Part shown: in pieces, positions 24,401 through 33,422 of the stretch
How positions within the stretch are numbered: position 1 is the first letter of the stretch
How the letters are laid out: the number at the start of each line of letters is the position of its first letter
From: Clostridia bacterium
GTDB lineage: Bacteria; Bacillota; Clostridia; TANB77; CAG-508
DNA: 64,000 nt
NCBI GenBank assembly: GCA_017456555.1
Contig: JAFTJF010000007.1
Location: 3,257 to 67,256, forward strand
Reading direction: 5' to 3'
The notes under the pieces: model-generated
Databases searched by the model: none
What the model saw: the letters and a program-made list of their open reading frames with translations, nothing else
Told to the model about the DNA's origin: nothing
Translations under genes and position numbers: made by a program

Positions 24401-25786
24401 TTTAAAATATTTTATAACATTTTTGTTTTTATTATATTTTAAAGTTGTATCATTAAAATCCACTAAAAGCTTTCTTTTTTCGTTTTCAGTAATTATTTCA
24501 ATATCTTTAATTAAAACTTTATCAGTATCTAAAATTCTATTAATCATTTCCATAATTCTAGAATGCATATTTTTTACATATTCATCAGAATATTTCAATT
24601 TTTTAAAATCATAACATACTGTTAATATTCCTTCTTCATCTAAATCTAAAAATTGTATAGTCATATCATCAGTTACATTTTTATTAAATGCCCATCTTGT
24701 TGAATATTTGTATTCAGTTTCGTTGTTAGCTTTTGTTAATTGATATGAAAGAACAATGTTATATAAATTTGGAACTGAAGAATCTTTTTTTCTTAGCTCT
24801 TCTAATAACATTTGATATGGATATTTTTGATGTCTAAGTAAAGAAACAGTATCTTTAGAAATTTCATTTGCAAAACTAATAAAGTCTGTATCTGGTTCCA
24901 CATTTACTTTAAAAGGAACAACATTTACAAACATTCCTACAATGTTTTTTTCTTTAAAATTAGTTCTATTTAATATTGGAGTACCAATACTAAATTCCTT
25001 TGAATTAATGATTTTTGAAATATAAACCGAATAAACAGCCATAAGGAAATTAAATACTGTAAGCTTATTTTTATTACAATATTCATTAATTAATTTCATT
25101 TTGGCTTTAGGAATAGAGAAAGTTAATCTTTCTCCAAGGCATGAAAATTCTGTATTTTTCTCAGAACTATCTGAAGGTAAAATTGCTGGATTTATATTAT
25201 TTGAAAATAACTCATTCCAGTATTCTTTATCTTTTAAAAATTTTGAACTATTAAAATATTCTTTTTCATTTTCTGCATAATCAATATATGAAAATTCTAC
25301 ATCTTCACTAGCAATATTATTTTTTATATTTGAATATGCTTTCATTATTTTTCTACAAGTTAAACCTAAAGTCCAACCATCAGAAAGAATGTGATGAATG
25401 TTTAATAAAAATCCACCAGCACCATTTTCAAATCTAAAAATTTTAAATTCATATAAAGCTGACTCAAATAAAGAAAAATGTTTTGCCATAAGCATATTTT
25501 CAATTTGATCAACTTCTGATTTATCTTTTATATCTATAATTTCAATATCTGGAATTGTTTTCTCAGATATAAATTGTTTTACTTCATTTGCTTTTTGAAT
25601 TAATTGAATATGAAAAACATCATTTTCTTTTATTACTGTTTCTATTGCTTGTTTCAAAGCATCAAAATCAAGAACAGAATCTATAATTGCTGTTCCACAA
25701 ATATTATTAACAGAAGTATTTTTATAAAACTTTTCTGTAAGTAGTATTGATTTTTGTGGATATGTTAAACTAACTAATTTTTTCAT
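21476..25786 (-). CDS. Single-module NRPS C-A-T-R (terminal thioester reductase), predicted Gly-activating
   Basis: C: HHILSDG; A: YTSGSTGKPKG, YGPTE, QVKIRGYRVE, NGKLDR; T: LGLDSL; R: TGANGFIG, YVNSK. Confidence 0.93.
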   Translation of the reverse strand: MKKLVSLTYPQKSILLTEKFYKNTSVNNICGTAIIDSVLDFDALKQAIETVIKENDVFHIQLIQKANEVKQFISEKTIPDIEIIDIKDKSEVDQIENMLMAKHFSLFESALYEFKIFRFENGAGGFLLNIHHILSDGWTLGLTCRKIMKAYSNIKNNIASEDVEFSYIDYAENEKEYFNSSKFLKDKEYWNELFSNNINPAILPSDSSEKNTEFSCLGERLTFSIPKAKMKLINEYCNKNKLTVFNFLMAVYSVYISKIINSKEFSIGTPILNRTNFKEKNIVGMFVNVVPFKVNVEPDTDFISFANEISKDTVSLLRHQKYPYQMLLEELRKKDSSVPNLYNIVLSYQLTKANNETEYKYSTRWAFNKNVTDDMTIQFLDLDEEGILTVCYDFKKLKYSDEYVKNMHSRIMEMINRILDTDKVLIKDIEIITENEKRKLLVDFNDTTLKYNKNKNVIKYFKEMVKKYPEKEAVIFENRSMTYKELDEKSNILANSLKLEGAKYKDIIGICVNRSLELAIGLLAILKIGGAYLPIDPEYPEERIEYMLLDSGAKMLLSNKKTQKIINEKLNIKKVDIGLESTAYNRENVEVEESIKPEDLIYLIYTSGSTGKPKGVMLKHKNINNFLLGTKEIIKFAPEKVMVSITTICFDIFVLEFWGALTSGMTLVLANELEQNNSEKLNKVCLENNVTMIQTTPSRFKALLENKNTTEFIKNMTDIMVGGEGLPKGLVEKFENLTKANIFNMYGPTETAVWSTIKKIKSKNMITIGKPIANTKCYILDKDKNLLPTYTPGELYIGGDGVSNGYLNREELTKEKFVKSPFEKNQIIYNTNDLAYYTNSGEIVHLGRTDFQVKIRGYRVELEEIENKINQIPEILNNVVIADENQKYLICYYISEEEQDTNKITSILLKDLPNYMIPAVYFKIDKFPLTPNGKLDRKKLPKIKLETSNIEKGKTKTEKTLSKIICKTLEVEEVDIDTPFMVLGLDSLGIIEVQTLLLQYNYNLNTQDFYKYTTIRTLAENIDSNNSTYKEQDAQIPDKFKHNIDELSEVLDKKDLDNEVLGNVFLTGANGFIGIHLLNEILKTTTSKIYCLVRGKKDKSPKDRLIEQYKFYFDEDLSNYLDKRVLVVDGSISEKNIGLDENIIKEIKNSVSTVIHTAARVKHYGNYEDFKTINIEGTRNVAEFSYENKLRFIHISSISVSGNYLVKQDNRNVEFSENNLYIGQNYMDNVYVNSKFEAEKIVLEYMEKSLVAQIHRIGILSGRALDGKFQENINENAFYTRIKSMVVLGCVSEEMLEQKIEFTPVDTCSKAIINLAKNKIADNKVFHLYNHNFVEIKEIIDVLVSFGINIEKVSEKDFQERIVEISKSKNAQILFGIINDINNTKNSNISIDYNFSVNIKSEYTKKYLSLLKSEWKKIDKKYIEKIVKYMREVNFI

Positions 25787-25819
25787 ATTCTACATCCTAA
25801 AATATTTTATCACAACAAA

Positions 25820-25847
25820 ATTATATCTTAACTTCCTTAAAAATCAA
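25820..25847 (-). promoter_or_regulatory. Putative sigmaA promoter of the NRPS operon
   Basis: TTGATT-16bp-TATAAT on the - strand. Confidence 0.55.
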
Positions 25848-25925
25848 GATACTTCTAGTATTTGTATAAAATATATTTTTATAAAATTTTATATAAAAAA
25901 TTTACACAATATTTAATTTATCTTT

Positions 25926-26237
25926 TTAATAATATTTAACAAACAAATATATTATTAAAGCAATTTCAGCAATTAAAATTGTTGGCATACCAACTGTAAA
26001 TTTTAATTTTTTAGTCTTATGTCTAAAAGTATACATACCAGCTATTGTTCCAATTCCACCACCAAGTAAGCAAAGCATCATTAAAGTGCCTTCTGGAATT
26101 CTCCACCAATCTTTTTTAGCTTTCAATTTATCAATCCCCATAGCAAGAAATCCAATAACATTTATAGTAAGTACATAAATTAAAACATATTTCCAATTAA
26201 TTAATCCAAGCAAAGCTTTCATAATCTTTCCTTTCAT
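25926..26237 (-). CDS. DUF1294 (YsdA-like) membrane protein
   Basis: DK.KA...WRIPE..L, GG..G, FRHKTKK. Confidence 0.92.
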   Translation of the reverse strand: MKGKIMKALLGLINWKYVLIYVLTINVIGFLAMGIDKLKAKKDWWRIPEGTLMMLCLLGGGIGTIAGMYTFRHKTKKLKFTVGMPTILIAEIALIIYLFVKYY

Positions 26238-26263
26238 AATCTCTATAAAATAATTTAAAGAAA

Positions 26264-26486
26264 TTAATATTTATTTAGTAATTATCAAATTAATTATATT
26301 ATGGATGAAGTTTTGGAATTGAAAGTACTTTGAACTTAGAAGTTCTTAGAGAAATTTTTGTAGGGAATCTCAAATTTACTTTGAGGGCGCTACAAAAATT
26401 AATCCTAGAACTTCTGTAAAAAGTACTTGATTGTAAAAACTGAAGTAATAATATAATAATTTGATAATCAATTAAATAATATTTAA
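26264..26486. repeat. Long imperfect intergenic palindrome (rod-like hairpin element B)
   Basis: attatcaaatta 26281-92 / taatttgataat 26457-68; agaagttct / agaacttct; aatttttgtag 26353-63 / ctacaaaaatt 26390-400; ctcaaa / tttgag centre. Confidence 0.85.
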
Positions 26487-26523
26487 CTATATAAAATCAT
26501 ATATACTTTATTTGATAATACTT

Positions 26524-29500
26524 CTACACAAATAAACTCATTTGATTTGATTTTGTCATACCTTTTAAGCAACCAAACTTCTCTAAAAGTTCAGTAACAG
26601 ATTTACCAATTTTAGAACGAGCTTGCATATCCTCAATACACTCAAAAGGCTCTTCACATCTAGCCGCATAAATACTCTCAGCAGCAACATTTCCAAGACC
26701 TGCAATTGAGTTTAATGGTGGACGAAGTTTTCCATCTTCAATTAAGAATTTTGTACTATGTGATTTATATAAATCAACAGGTAAAAATTCAAAGCCTCTT
26801 TCATACATTTCATGAACAAGCTCTAAATCATCATACATTTCCTTGTCTTTTGGAGCAGCATTATTGCCAAGAGAATTAATTTCTTTCATCTTTTCTTCAA
26901 CAACTCTTTTTCCATTTATCATAAATTCAGCATCAAATGCTTTTGCTCTTATTGAAAAATATGCAGCATAATAAGCAAGAGGCATATGAACCTTAAACCA
27001 AGCAATTCTAAAAGCATTTGTAACATAAGCTGCAGCATGGGCTTTCGGGAACATGTATTTTATTTTTTCACAAGATTTTACATACCAATCCGGTATATCA
27101 AAATCTTTCATTATTTGTTTGAAACCTTCCCATTTTTCAGGATCTTTTAAAGCTTTTCCTTTACGAACAGTTTCCATTATTTTGAAAGCTTTATCTGGTG
27201 GTAAACCTCTTTTCATTAAATAAACCATGATATCATCACGACAACATATTGCTTCTTTTAGAGTAACTACCCCTTCTTCAATTAAAGTTTGAGCATTACC
27301 TAGCCAAACGTCAGTACCATGTGATAAACCAGATAAACGAATTAACTCGTCAAATGTAGTTGGACGTGTGTCCACAAGCATTCCTCGAGCAAATTTTGTA
27401 CCATATTCTGGTATACCAAAAGTTCCAACTTCTGACCCAATTTGTTCTGGTGTAACACCTAAAGCATCAGTCGAATTGAATATTGACATAGTTTCTTTAT
27501 CATCTAAAGGTATCTCAGTTGGTGCAATTCCACTTAAATCTTGAAGCATACGAATAACAGTCGGATCGTCATGACCCAGAATATCAAGTTTCAATAGGTT
27601 TGCATCTATTGAGTGATAATCAAAGTGAGTTGTTACAATATCAGAACCAGCATCATCTGCAGGGTGTTGTACAGGAGTAAATTCGAAAATCTCTCTTCCC
27701 TTTGGAACAACTATAATTCCACCTGGGTGTTGTCCTGTAGTTCTTTTTACACCAACACAACCAGTAGAAACTCTGGCAACTTCTGCATTTGGTTTTATTA
27801 TATTTCTTTCTTCGAAATAATTTTTTGCATATCCAAAAGCTGTTTTATCAGCAACTGTACCAACAGTTCCAGCTTTAAATGTTGTACCTTTTCCAAATAT
27901 AACCTCTGTATATTTATGAGCTTTTGCTTGATATTCACCTGAGAAGTTTAAGTCAATATCAGGCTCTTTATCTCCATTAAATCCAAGAAATGTTTCGAAT
28001 GGAATATCCATTCCATCTTTAGCAAGCTTTGTTCCACATTTTGGACAATCTTTATCTGGAAGGTCAAACCCATTTCCAATTCCATAATCTGTAAAATCTG
28101 AATATTTACATTTTGGACATCTATAATGTGGTTGCAGAGAATTTACTTCTGTAATACCTGTCATAAACGCAACAAGTGATGACCCTACAGAACCTCTAGA
28201 ACCTACTATGTAACCATCTTCGTTTGACTTCCAAACCAACTTTTGAGCTATAATATACATTACGGAATATCCGTTATTTATTATAGAATTTAATTCTTTA
28301 TCAAGTCTTGTTTGAATCAATTCTGGAAGTGGATCTCCATATAATTCATGTGCTTTTTCAAATGTAATTCTTTTAATATCTTCCTCGCATCCTGGAATAT
28401 GAGGTGGACATTTTTCAGGTGAAATTGGTCTTATTCTTTCACACATATCTGCTACTTTATTTGTATTTGTTACAACAACTTCATAAGCTTTTTCTTCACC
28501 TAAATAACTAAATTCTTCAAGCATTTCTTCTGTTGTTCTTAAATATAATGGTGCTTGATTATCTGCATCATCATATTTTTGACCAGCTTGAAGTATTCTT
28601 CTATATACTTCATCTTGTGGATCCATAAAGTGAACATCACAGGTAGCAACTACCGGTTTGTTCATTTTTTCTCCTAATTCCACAATTTTCTTATTGAAGT
28701 TTCTTAAAGTGTCCCAACCTTCAACTTGTCCTTCACGAATCATGTATTCATTATTTGCTAAAGGTTGAATTTCTAAATAATCATAATAACTTGCAATTTC
28801 TTCTAAATCTTCATCAGATTTTCCTTGTACAATTGCTCTATATAATTCACCTGCTTCACAGGCACTTCCTATAATTAAACCTTCTCTATATTGATTAAGC
28901 ATTGATTTTAAAATTCTAGGTTTTTTATAGAAATAATCTAAATGTGAATAAGATACTAATTTATAAAGATTTTTTAGACCAACATAGTCTTTTGCTAAAA
29001 TTATCATGTGATATGCTGGTAATTTTCTAAAATCTGTTTCAAAAACATTATCAAAATCATCTATAGTTTTTGCATCTCTATCTTTTGCTTTTAATATCAT
29101 TTCATTAAATACTTGTACTAAAGTTTTTACGTCATCTAAAGCACGGTGAGCAACTTCAACTTTTATTCCTAATTTATCAGCTATAAAACCTAATTTATAT
29201 CTTGAAAATTCTGGGAATATAGCTTTTGCTAAACGAAGTGTATCTATATGAGTAAAATTAAATGGTAATCCTAATTGTTCACAATTGTATTTCATATATC
29301 CAATATCAAAATCAGCATTGTGAGCAACTAATACAGAACCATTCATAAATTCCAAAACTTTTGGCATTATTTTATCTATTGTTTCTGCATCTTTTACCAT
29401 ATCATCTGTTATATGAGTAACTTCTACAACTTCTGGTGGTATTGGTTTTTCTGGATTTACAAAAGTTTCAAAAGTATCTATAATTTCACCATTTTTAATT

Positions 29501-30948
29501 TTTATAATTCCTATTTCAGTTATTTTTTCTGTTATATGTGAGATACCTGTAGTTTCTAAGTCGAACACACAATATTCTGTATCTATGTCTTGACCTTTTG
29601 AATTTACAACTGCAGGGTCTTTATCTGGACAGAAATAAGCTTCTACACCATATATAACTTTTATAACATCTCCAACTTTTCCTAAAAGTTTATGAGCATC
29701 CGGAAAACTTTGAACAACACCATGGTCTGTGATTGCAATTGAGTTCCATCCCCAAGAAATCGCTCTTTTTATTAAATCTGCGCATGGAGTAATCGCATCC
29801 ATTTGGCTCATTTGAGTATGCATATGAAGTTCAACTCTTTTTTCAGGAGCGTTATCCATTCTCTTTTCTTTTTTGAAACCAGTTGATTCTAATATGGTAT
29901 TTGCCATAATTTCAACTTCTCTTGAATATGGACTATATTTTGCTTGCCCTTCAATTCTTAGTCCTTTTGCAGAAGATATTCTTCCTTTAACTTCTTTAAA
30001 TTTATCTTTTTGTAAAAATGCTTTACATCCAATTGTACTTGTTCCATCAAAAAGATTAAACATTAATATAACTTTTTCATCTTTAATATCTCTTGAATCT
30101 ATTGAACCTTCTAAAATTTCTCCATCAACGCAAACTCTCATATCTGCATCTTCAGTCATTGGAATATTTTCTATTTTTACAAGTTCAGTTCTAATCATCA
30201 TGCTTCTGCCTAAAATTAAAGGTGAAGCTTCATCTTTAACTTCAGGAGCTTTATTTTGATGTGCTTCAATTTTTGCAGCAAGCTCTGGATTTTGTTTTCT
30301 TAATTCTTCTTTTAATTTTTCTTCTTCTTCACGATTTCTTTCTTTTTCAGCTTCTTTTTCTTGTTTCTTTCTCTCTTTTGCTTGTTCAACTTCAATTTGA
30401 GCTTGTCTCTCAAGTTCCATTAAAGCTTCTTTTTCTTCTTGTTTTCTTCTTTCTATAAGTTCTTTTTCAAAATCTTTTGAAACATTTTCTGTGAACTCAA
30501 CAGTATATTGTTTATTATAAAGATTTCCAAGTAAATGCTCTAAACCTTTATCGAATTTTTGCGCAATCAAAAAAGAAGCACCCTTCATAGCTAGCTTTAC
30601 ATTAACATTTGAGTCATTTATTTCTATTTTGCTATTTGTTAAAATTGCTTTACTAAAAGGTTCTTTTTTGGCAATATATTTTATTATATTATTCCAATTT
30701 TCTGATATGGTTTGTTCTATTTCTAAATCTTTATAATTTATATCAATAGAAGCCTTACTTACCTTAAAAGCATTTACCAAATATTCTTCAAAACTCTCTA
30801 TGTCTTGTAAAGTAATAACCTTTGAAGATGCTATCTTTATTTGTAATTTATTTGTTTTTTTATATAAATTTATATTCTCAATTTCTGCTTCTATTAAATT
30901 ATTATCAACCACATAATCATTGAAAACTTCTTTTATATATTTTGGCAT
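26524..30948 (-). CDS. polC: DNA polymerase III PolC-type
   Basis: PHP ELHMHT and TDHG, exonuclease DLETTG, GSRGSVGSS, PDIDLNFSG, KIKYMFPKAHAAAY. Confidence 0.98.
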   Translation of the reverse strand: MPKYIKEVFNDYVVDNNLIEAEIENINLYKKTNKLQIKIASSKVITLQDIESFEEYLVNAFKVSKASIDINYKDLEIEQTISENWNNIIKYIAKKEPFSKAILTNSKIEINDSNVNVKLAMKGASFLIAQKFDKGLEHLLGNLYNKQYTVEFTENVSKDFEKELIERRKQEEKEALMELERQAQIEVEQAKERKKQEKEAEKERNREEEEKLKEELRKQNPELAAKIEAHQNKAPEVKDEASPLILGRSMMIRTELVKIENIPMTEDADMRVCVDGEILEGSIDSRDIKDEKVILMFNLFDGTSTIGCKAFLQKDKFKEVKGRISSAKGLRIEGQAKYSPYSREVEIMANTILESTGFKKEKRMDNAPEKRVELHMHTQMSQMDAITPCADLIKRAISWGWNSIAITDHGVVQSFPDAHKLLGKVGDVIKVIYGVEAYFCPDKDPAVVNSKGQDIDTEYCVFDLETTGISHITEKITEIGIIKIKNGEIIDTFETFVNPEKPIPPEVVEVTHITDDMVKDAETIDKIMPKVLEFMNGSVLVAHNADFDIGYMKYNCEQLGLPFNFTHIDTLRLAKAIFPEFSRYKLGFIADKLGIKVEVAHRALDDVKTLVQVFNEMILKAKDRDAKTIDDFDNVFETDFRKLPAYHMIILAKDYVGLKNLYKLVSYSHLDYFYKKPRILKSMLNQYREGLIIGSACEAGELYRAIVQGKSDEDLEEIASYYDYLEIQPLANNEYMIREGQVEGWDTLRNFNKKIVELGEKMNKPVVATCDVHFMDPQDEVYRRILQAGQKYDDADNQAPLYLRTTEEMLEEFSYLGEEKAYEVVVTNTNKVADMCERIRPISPEKCPPHIPGCEEDIKRITFEKAHELYGDPLPELIQTRLDKELNSIINNGYSVMYIIAQKLVWKSNEDGYIVGSRGSVGSSLVAFMTGITEVNSLQPHYRCPKCKYSDFTDYGIGNGFDLPDKDCPKCGTKLAKDGMDIPFETFLGFNGDKEPDIDLNFSGEYQAKAHKYTEVIFGKGTTFKAGTVGTVADKTAFGYAKNYFEERNIIKPNAEVARVSTGCVGVKRTTGQHPGGIIVVPKGREIFEFTPVQHPADDAGSDIVTTHFDYHSIDANLLKLDILGHDDPTVIRMLQDLSGIAPTEIPLDDKETMSIFNSTDALGVTPEQIGSEVGTFGIPEYGTKFARGMLVDTRPTTFDELIRLSGLSHGTDVWLGNAQTLIEEGVVTLKEAICCRDDIMVYLMKRGLPPDKAFKIMETVRKGKALKDPEKWEGFKQIMKDFDIPDWYVKSCEKIKYMFPKAHAAAYVTNAFRIAWFKVHMPLAYYAAYFSIRAKAFDAEFMINGKRVVEEKMKEINSLGNNAAPKDKEMYDDLELVHEMYERGFEFLPVDLYKSHSTKFLIEDGKLRPPLNSIAGLGNVAAESIYAARCEEPFECIEDMQARSKIGKSVTELLEKFGCLKGMTKSNQMSLFV

Positions 30949-30962
30949 ATTTTCCTCTTCTT

Positions 30963-31538
30963 TTATTCTTCCTCAATTGGTCCTACTATTTCACCAATTT
31001 GTTTTAAAACTTCTTCAACATTTTCTATATTTTTAATTTGGAATCCGTTTAAATATCCAGAACCTGGAATAACTCCTTTGGCATAAACACATAAGTCACC
31101 AAATCCAAATTTCTTTTGTCTACGGGTTTGGAAATATCTTACATCAGCAATTTCTGAATATTTTACAACTTTAGTTACATCCATAAATAAAAATTTAAAA
31201 GTATATACAGCTTTTTTCTCATAAAAAACTGCTTTTGTAGCCATTGCTAATCTTTTATCTACAAAAAGCACTAGTCCAATAACTGCTGCAAATATTAATA
31301 CAACAGCTAGTGCCTCTAAAAATCCACCAGCAGACACACATAATATTATTGAAAGTATCGCTAAAATGATTAATTCTGTGCATTTTGATATTTCATAATT
31401 AATAGAATATTTTCTTTTTAATTTTAATTTTTCGTTAGTATCTTTTTTTAAATCTTCTTCCTCTTGGAATTCTTTGTAACAGTTAGTACAAATATCTCCA
31501 TCTTTTTTTAATTTAGCTCCACAAATTCTACATTTCAT
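30963..31538 (-). CDS. Zinc-ribbon, 2-TM, bacterial PH-like domain protein
   Basis: CxxC...CxxC, two TMs, 'I.DV...QT..QK.FGFGDL' typical of bPH domains. Confidence 0.6.
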   Translation of the reverse strand: MKCRICGAKLKKDGDICTNCYKEFQEEEDLKKDTNEKLKLKRKYSINYEISKCTELIILAILSIILCVSAGGFLEALAVVLIFAAVIGLVLFVDKRLAMATKAVFYEKKAVYTFKFLFMDVTKVVKYSEIADVRYFQTRRQKKFGFGDLCVYAKGVIPGSGYLNGFQIKNIENVEEVLKQIGEIVGPIEEE

Positions 31539-31558
31539 AATTCTTCACTCTTTCCTTA

Positions 31559-32567
31559 TTAAAAAATTCTTAAAATATCTTTATAAGACACATAAAGTGA
31601 TAGTAAAATTAATAGTAAAAAGCCAGCTGATTGTATCCCTAATTCTATTTCTTCTTTTAGTGCTTTTCCTCTTATTCCTTCAATAATTAGTAAAACTATT
31701 CTTCCTCCATCTAATGCTGGAATTGGCAAAAGATTTGTTACTCCTAAAGATAAGGAAATTAAACATAATAAATATATAAAATTATATATTCCATCAGATT
31801 TTACTACTATTTCAGAAATTCCGATTGGTCCTGTCATTTGATCGATTTTTATATTTCCAGTAAACAATAATTTTACTGATTCAAACATTGATTCAACAAA
31901 ATTTACTGTTTCCCAAAATCCATAATATAATTTTTCTTTCCAAGTTGCATCAATTAAAGCAACTTGAATACCTAATATATAAGTATTTTCTTCGTATTCT
32001 GTTGGTTTTACATTGAATTCTAATTCTTCGCCATTTCTTTCAACAACCACTTTAACTTCACTTCCATCAGATCCATATAAAGCACTTGATATATCTGATT
32101 TTAATCTAATTTTCTCATCATTTATTTTTATGATTTTATCACCGAATTTCAATTCCTACTAAATTAGCTTGTGCTTCTGGAATAATCTCACTAACTGTTG
32201 TTGAAATATTATATCCAGAAAAGATTGATAAGAAAAAGAATACAATAATCGCAAAAATAATATTTACTATTGCACCTGCTGCAACAATTATTATTCTATG
32301 AAGAACTTTGGCTTTATTAAATGAGCCTTCATCTTCACTTCTTTCTTCTTCTCCAAGCATTTTTACATATCCACCAAAAGGAATACATCCAACAGTATAT
32401 ACAGTTTCTTTTCCCTTTTTAGTAAATATTTTTGGTCCAAATCCTATAGAAAATTCTTCAACTTTTACTTTGAAAAATCTTGCTGCTAAGAAATGACCTC
32501 CTTCGTGTATAAAAACTAAAAATCCTAATAAAAATATTATTTTAAAAGCGTTAATTAAAAATGTCAA
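31559..32567 (-). CDS. rseP: RIP metalloprotease RseP, split by a +1 frameshift at CGG 32144-32142 (about 335 aa if rejoined)
   Basis: HEGGH in the 5' part; PDZ 'GIEI|GDKIIKIN' across the junction; NLLPIPALDGG in the 3' part; sequence ATT-C-GGT-GAT. Confidence 0.9.
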
Positions 32568-32577
32568 TTTATTCCTC

Positions 32578-33402
32578 CTACAAAATTATTAGAATTAACA
32601 TATAAGCAAATGGTGCTATAAACATTACACTATCTATTCTATCTAACATTCCACCATGTCCTGGGAATAAGTTACTATAATCTTTTACTTCAAAAAATCT
32701 TTTAATAACAGACGCTGAGAAATCACCAATTTGCCCAATTACACTTAATATTATACTCATAAGTGCTATCCATAAATATGGCACTGAAAATCCAAAAATT
32801 GTATTTATGATTAATGTATAAAGTAAACATAGGACTAAAGCTCCAACTATTCCTGCTACACACCCTTCTATTGATTTTTTAGGACTTACTTTACTAAATT
32901 TATGTTTTCCAAATTTCATTCCTACTAAATATGCAAACACATCTGTTCCCCAAGCCGAACAAAATACATACCATATTAATATTTTTCCTGAAACTTTACC
33001 TTCAATTCCAAAAATAGCTGCTAAAAATACTAAAAATGAATATACATATACAATTCCTAATAATGTATAAGCAACATCTTGAAATGTTATTTTCATATCA
33101 GTTACTATAACATGAAAAAACAAAATCATTAATAATACTGGTATTGCAAACAATAGCATATTCATATACAAACTTACTGGAATTACATGTATAAATGCAA
33201 TTCCCAAAACACTTAAATAACTAATCCATTTAATTACATGAACATCTTTATGCGCAACACATTTTATATATTCATTCATTGCAATTAGTGCAACTATTGT
33301 AACAATTACATCAACTATATATTTATTTGCAAATGCAAGCACAGCAACAACAATAGGAAAACCTATAAGTGCTGTAATAACTCTTTTCATCATTTTTTCC
33401 AC
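32578..33402 (-). CDS. cdsA: Phosphatidate cytidylyltransferase
   Basis: SPKKSIEG, KDYSNLFPGHGGMLDRIDS. Confidence 0.96.
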   Translation of the reverse strand: MEKMMKRVITALIGFPIVVAVLAFANKYIVDVIVTIVALIAMNEYIKCVAHKDVHVIKWISYLSVLGIAFIHVIPVSLYMNMLLFAIPVLLMILFFHVIVTDMKITFQDVAYTLLGIVYVYSFLVFLAAIFGIEGKVSGKILIWYVFCSAWGTDVFAYLVGMKFGKHKFSKVSPKKSIEGCVAGIVGALVLCLLYTLIINTIFGFSVPYLWIALMSIILSVIGQIGDFSASVIKRFFEVKDYSNLFPGHGGMLDRIDSVMFIAPFAYMLILIIL

Positions 33403-33422
33403 ACTATCCTTCGTTTTATATT

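Noticed and set aside
32139-32152. Independent start (MKFGDK) for the 3' half of rseP
   Set aside because: TTG without an RBS in the middle of the PDZ domain; better explained as a frameshift
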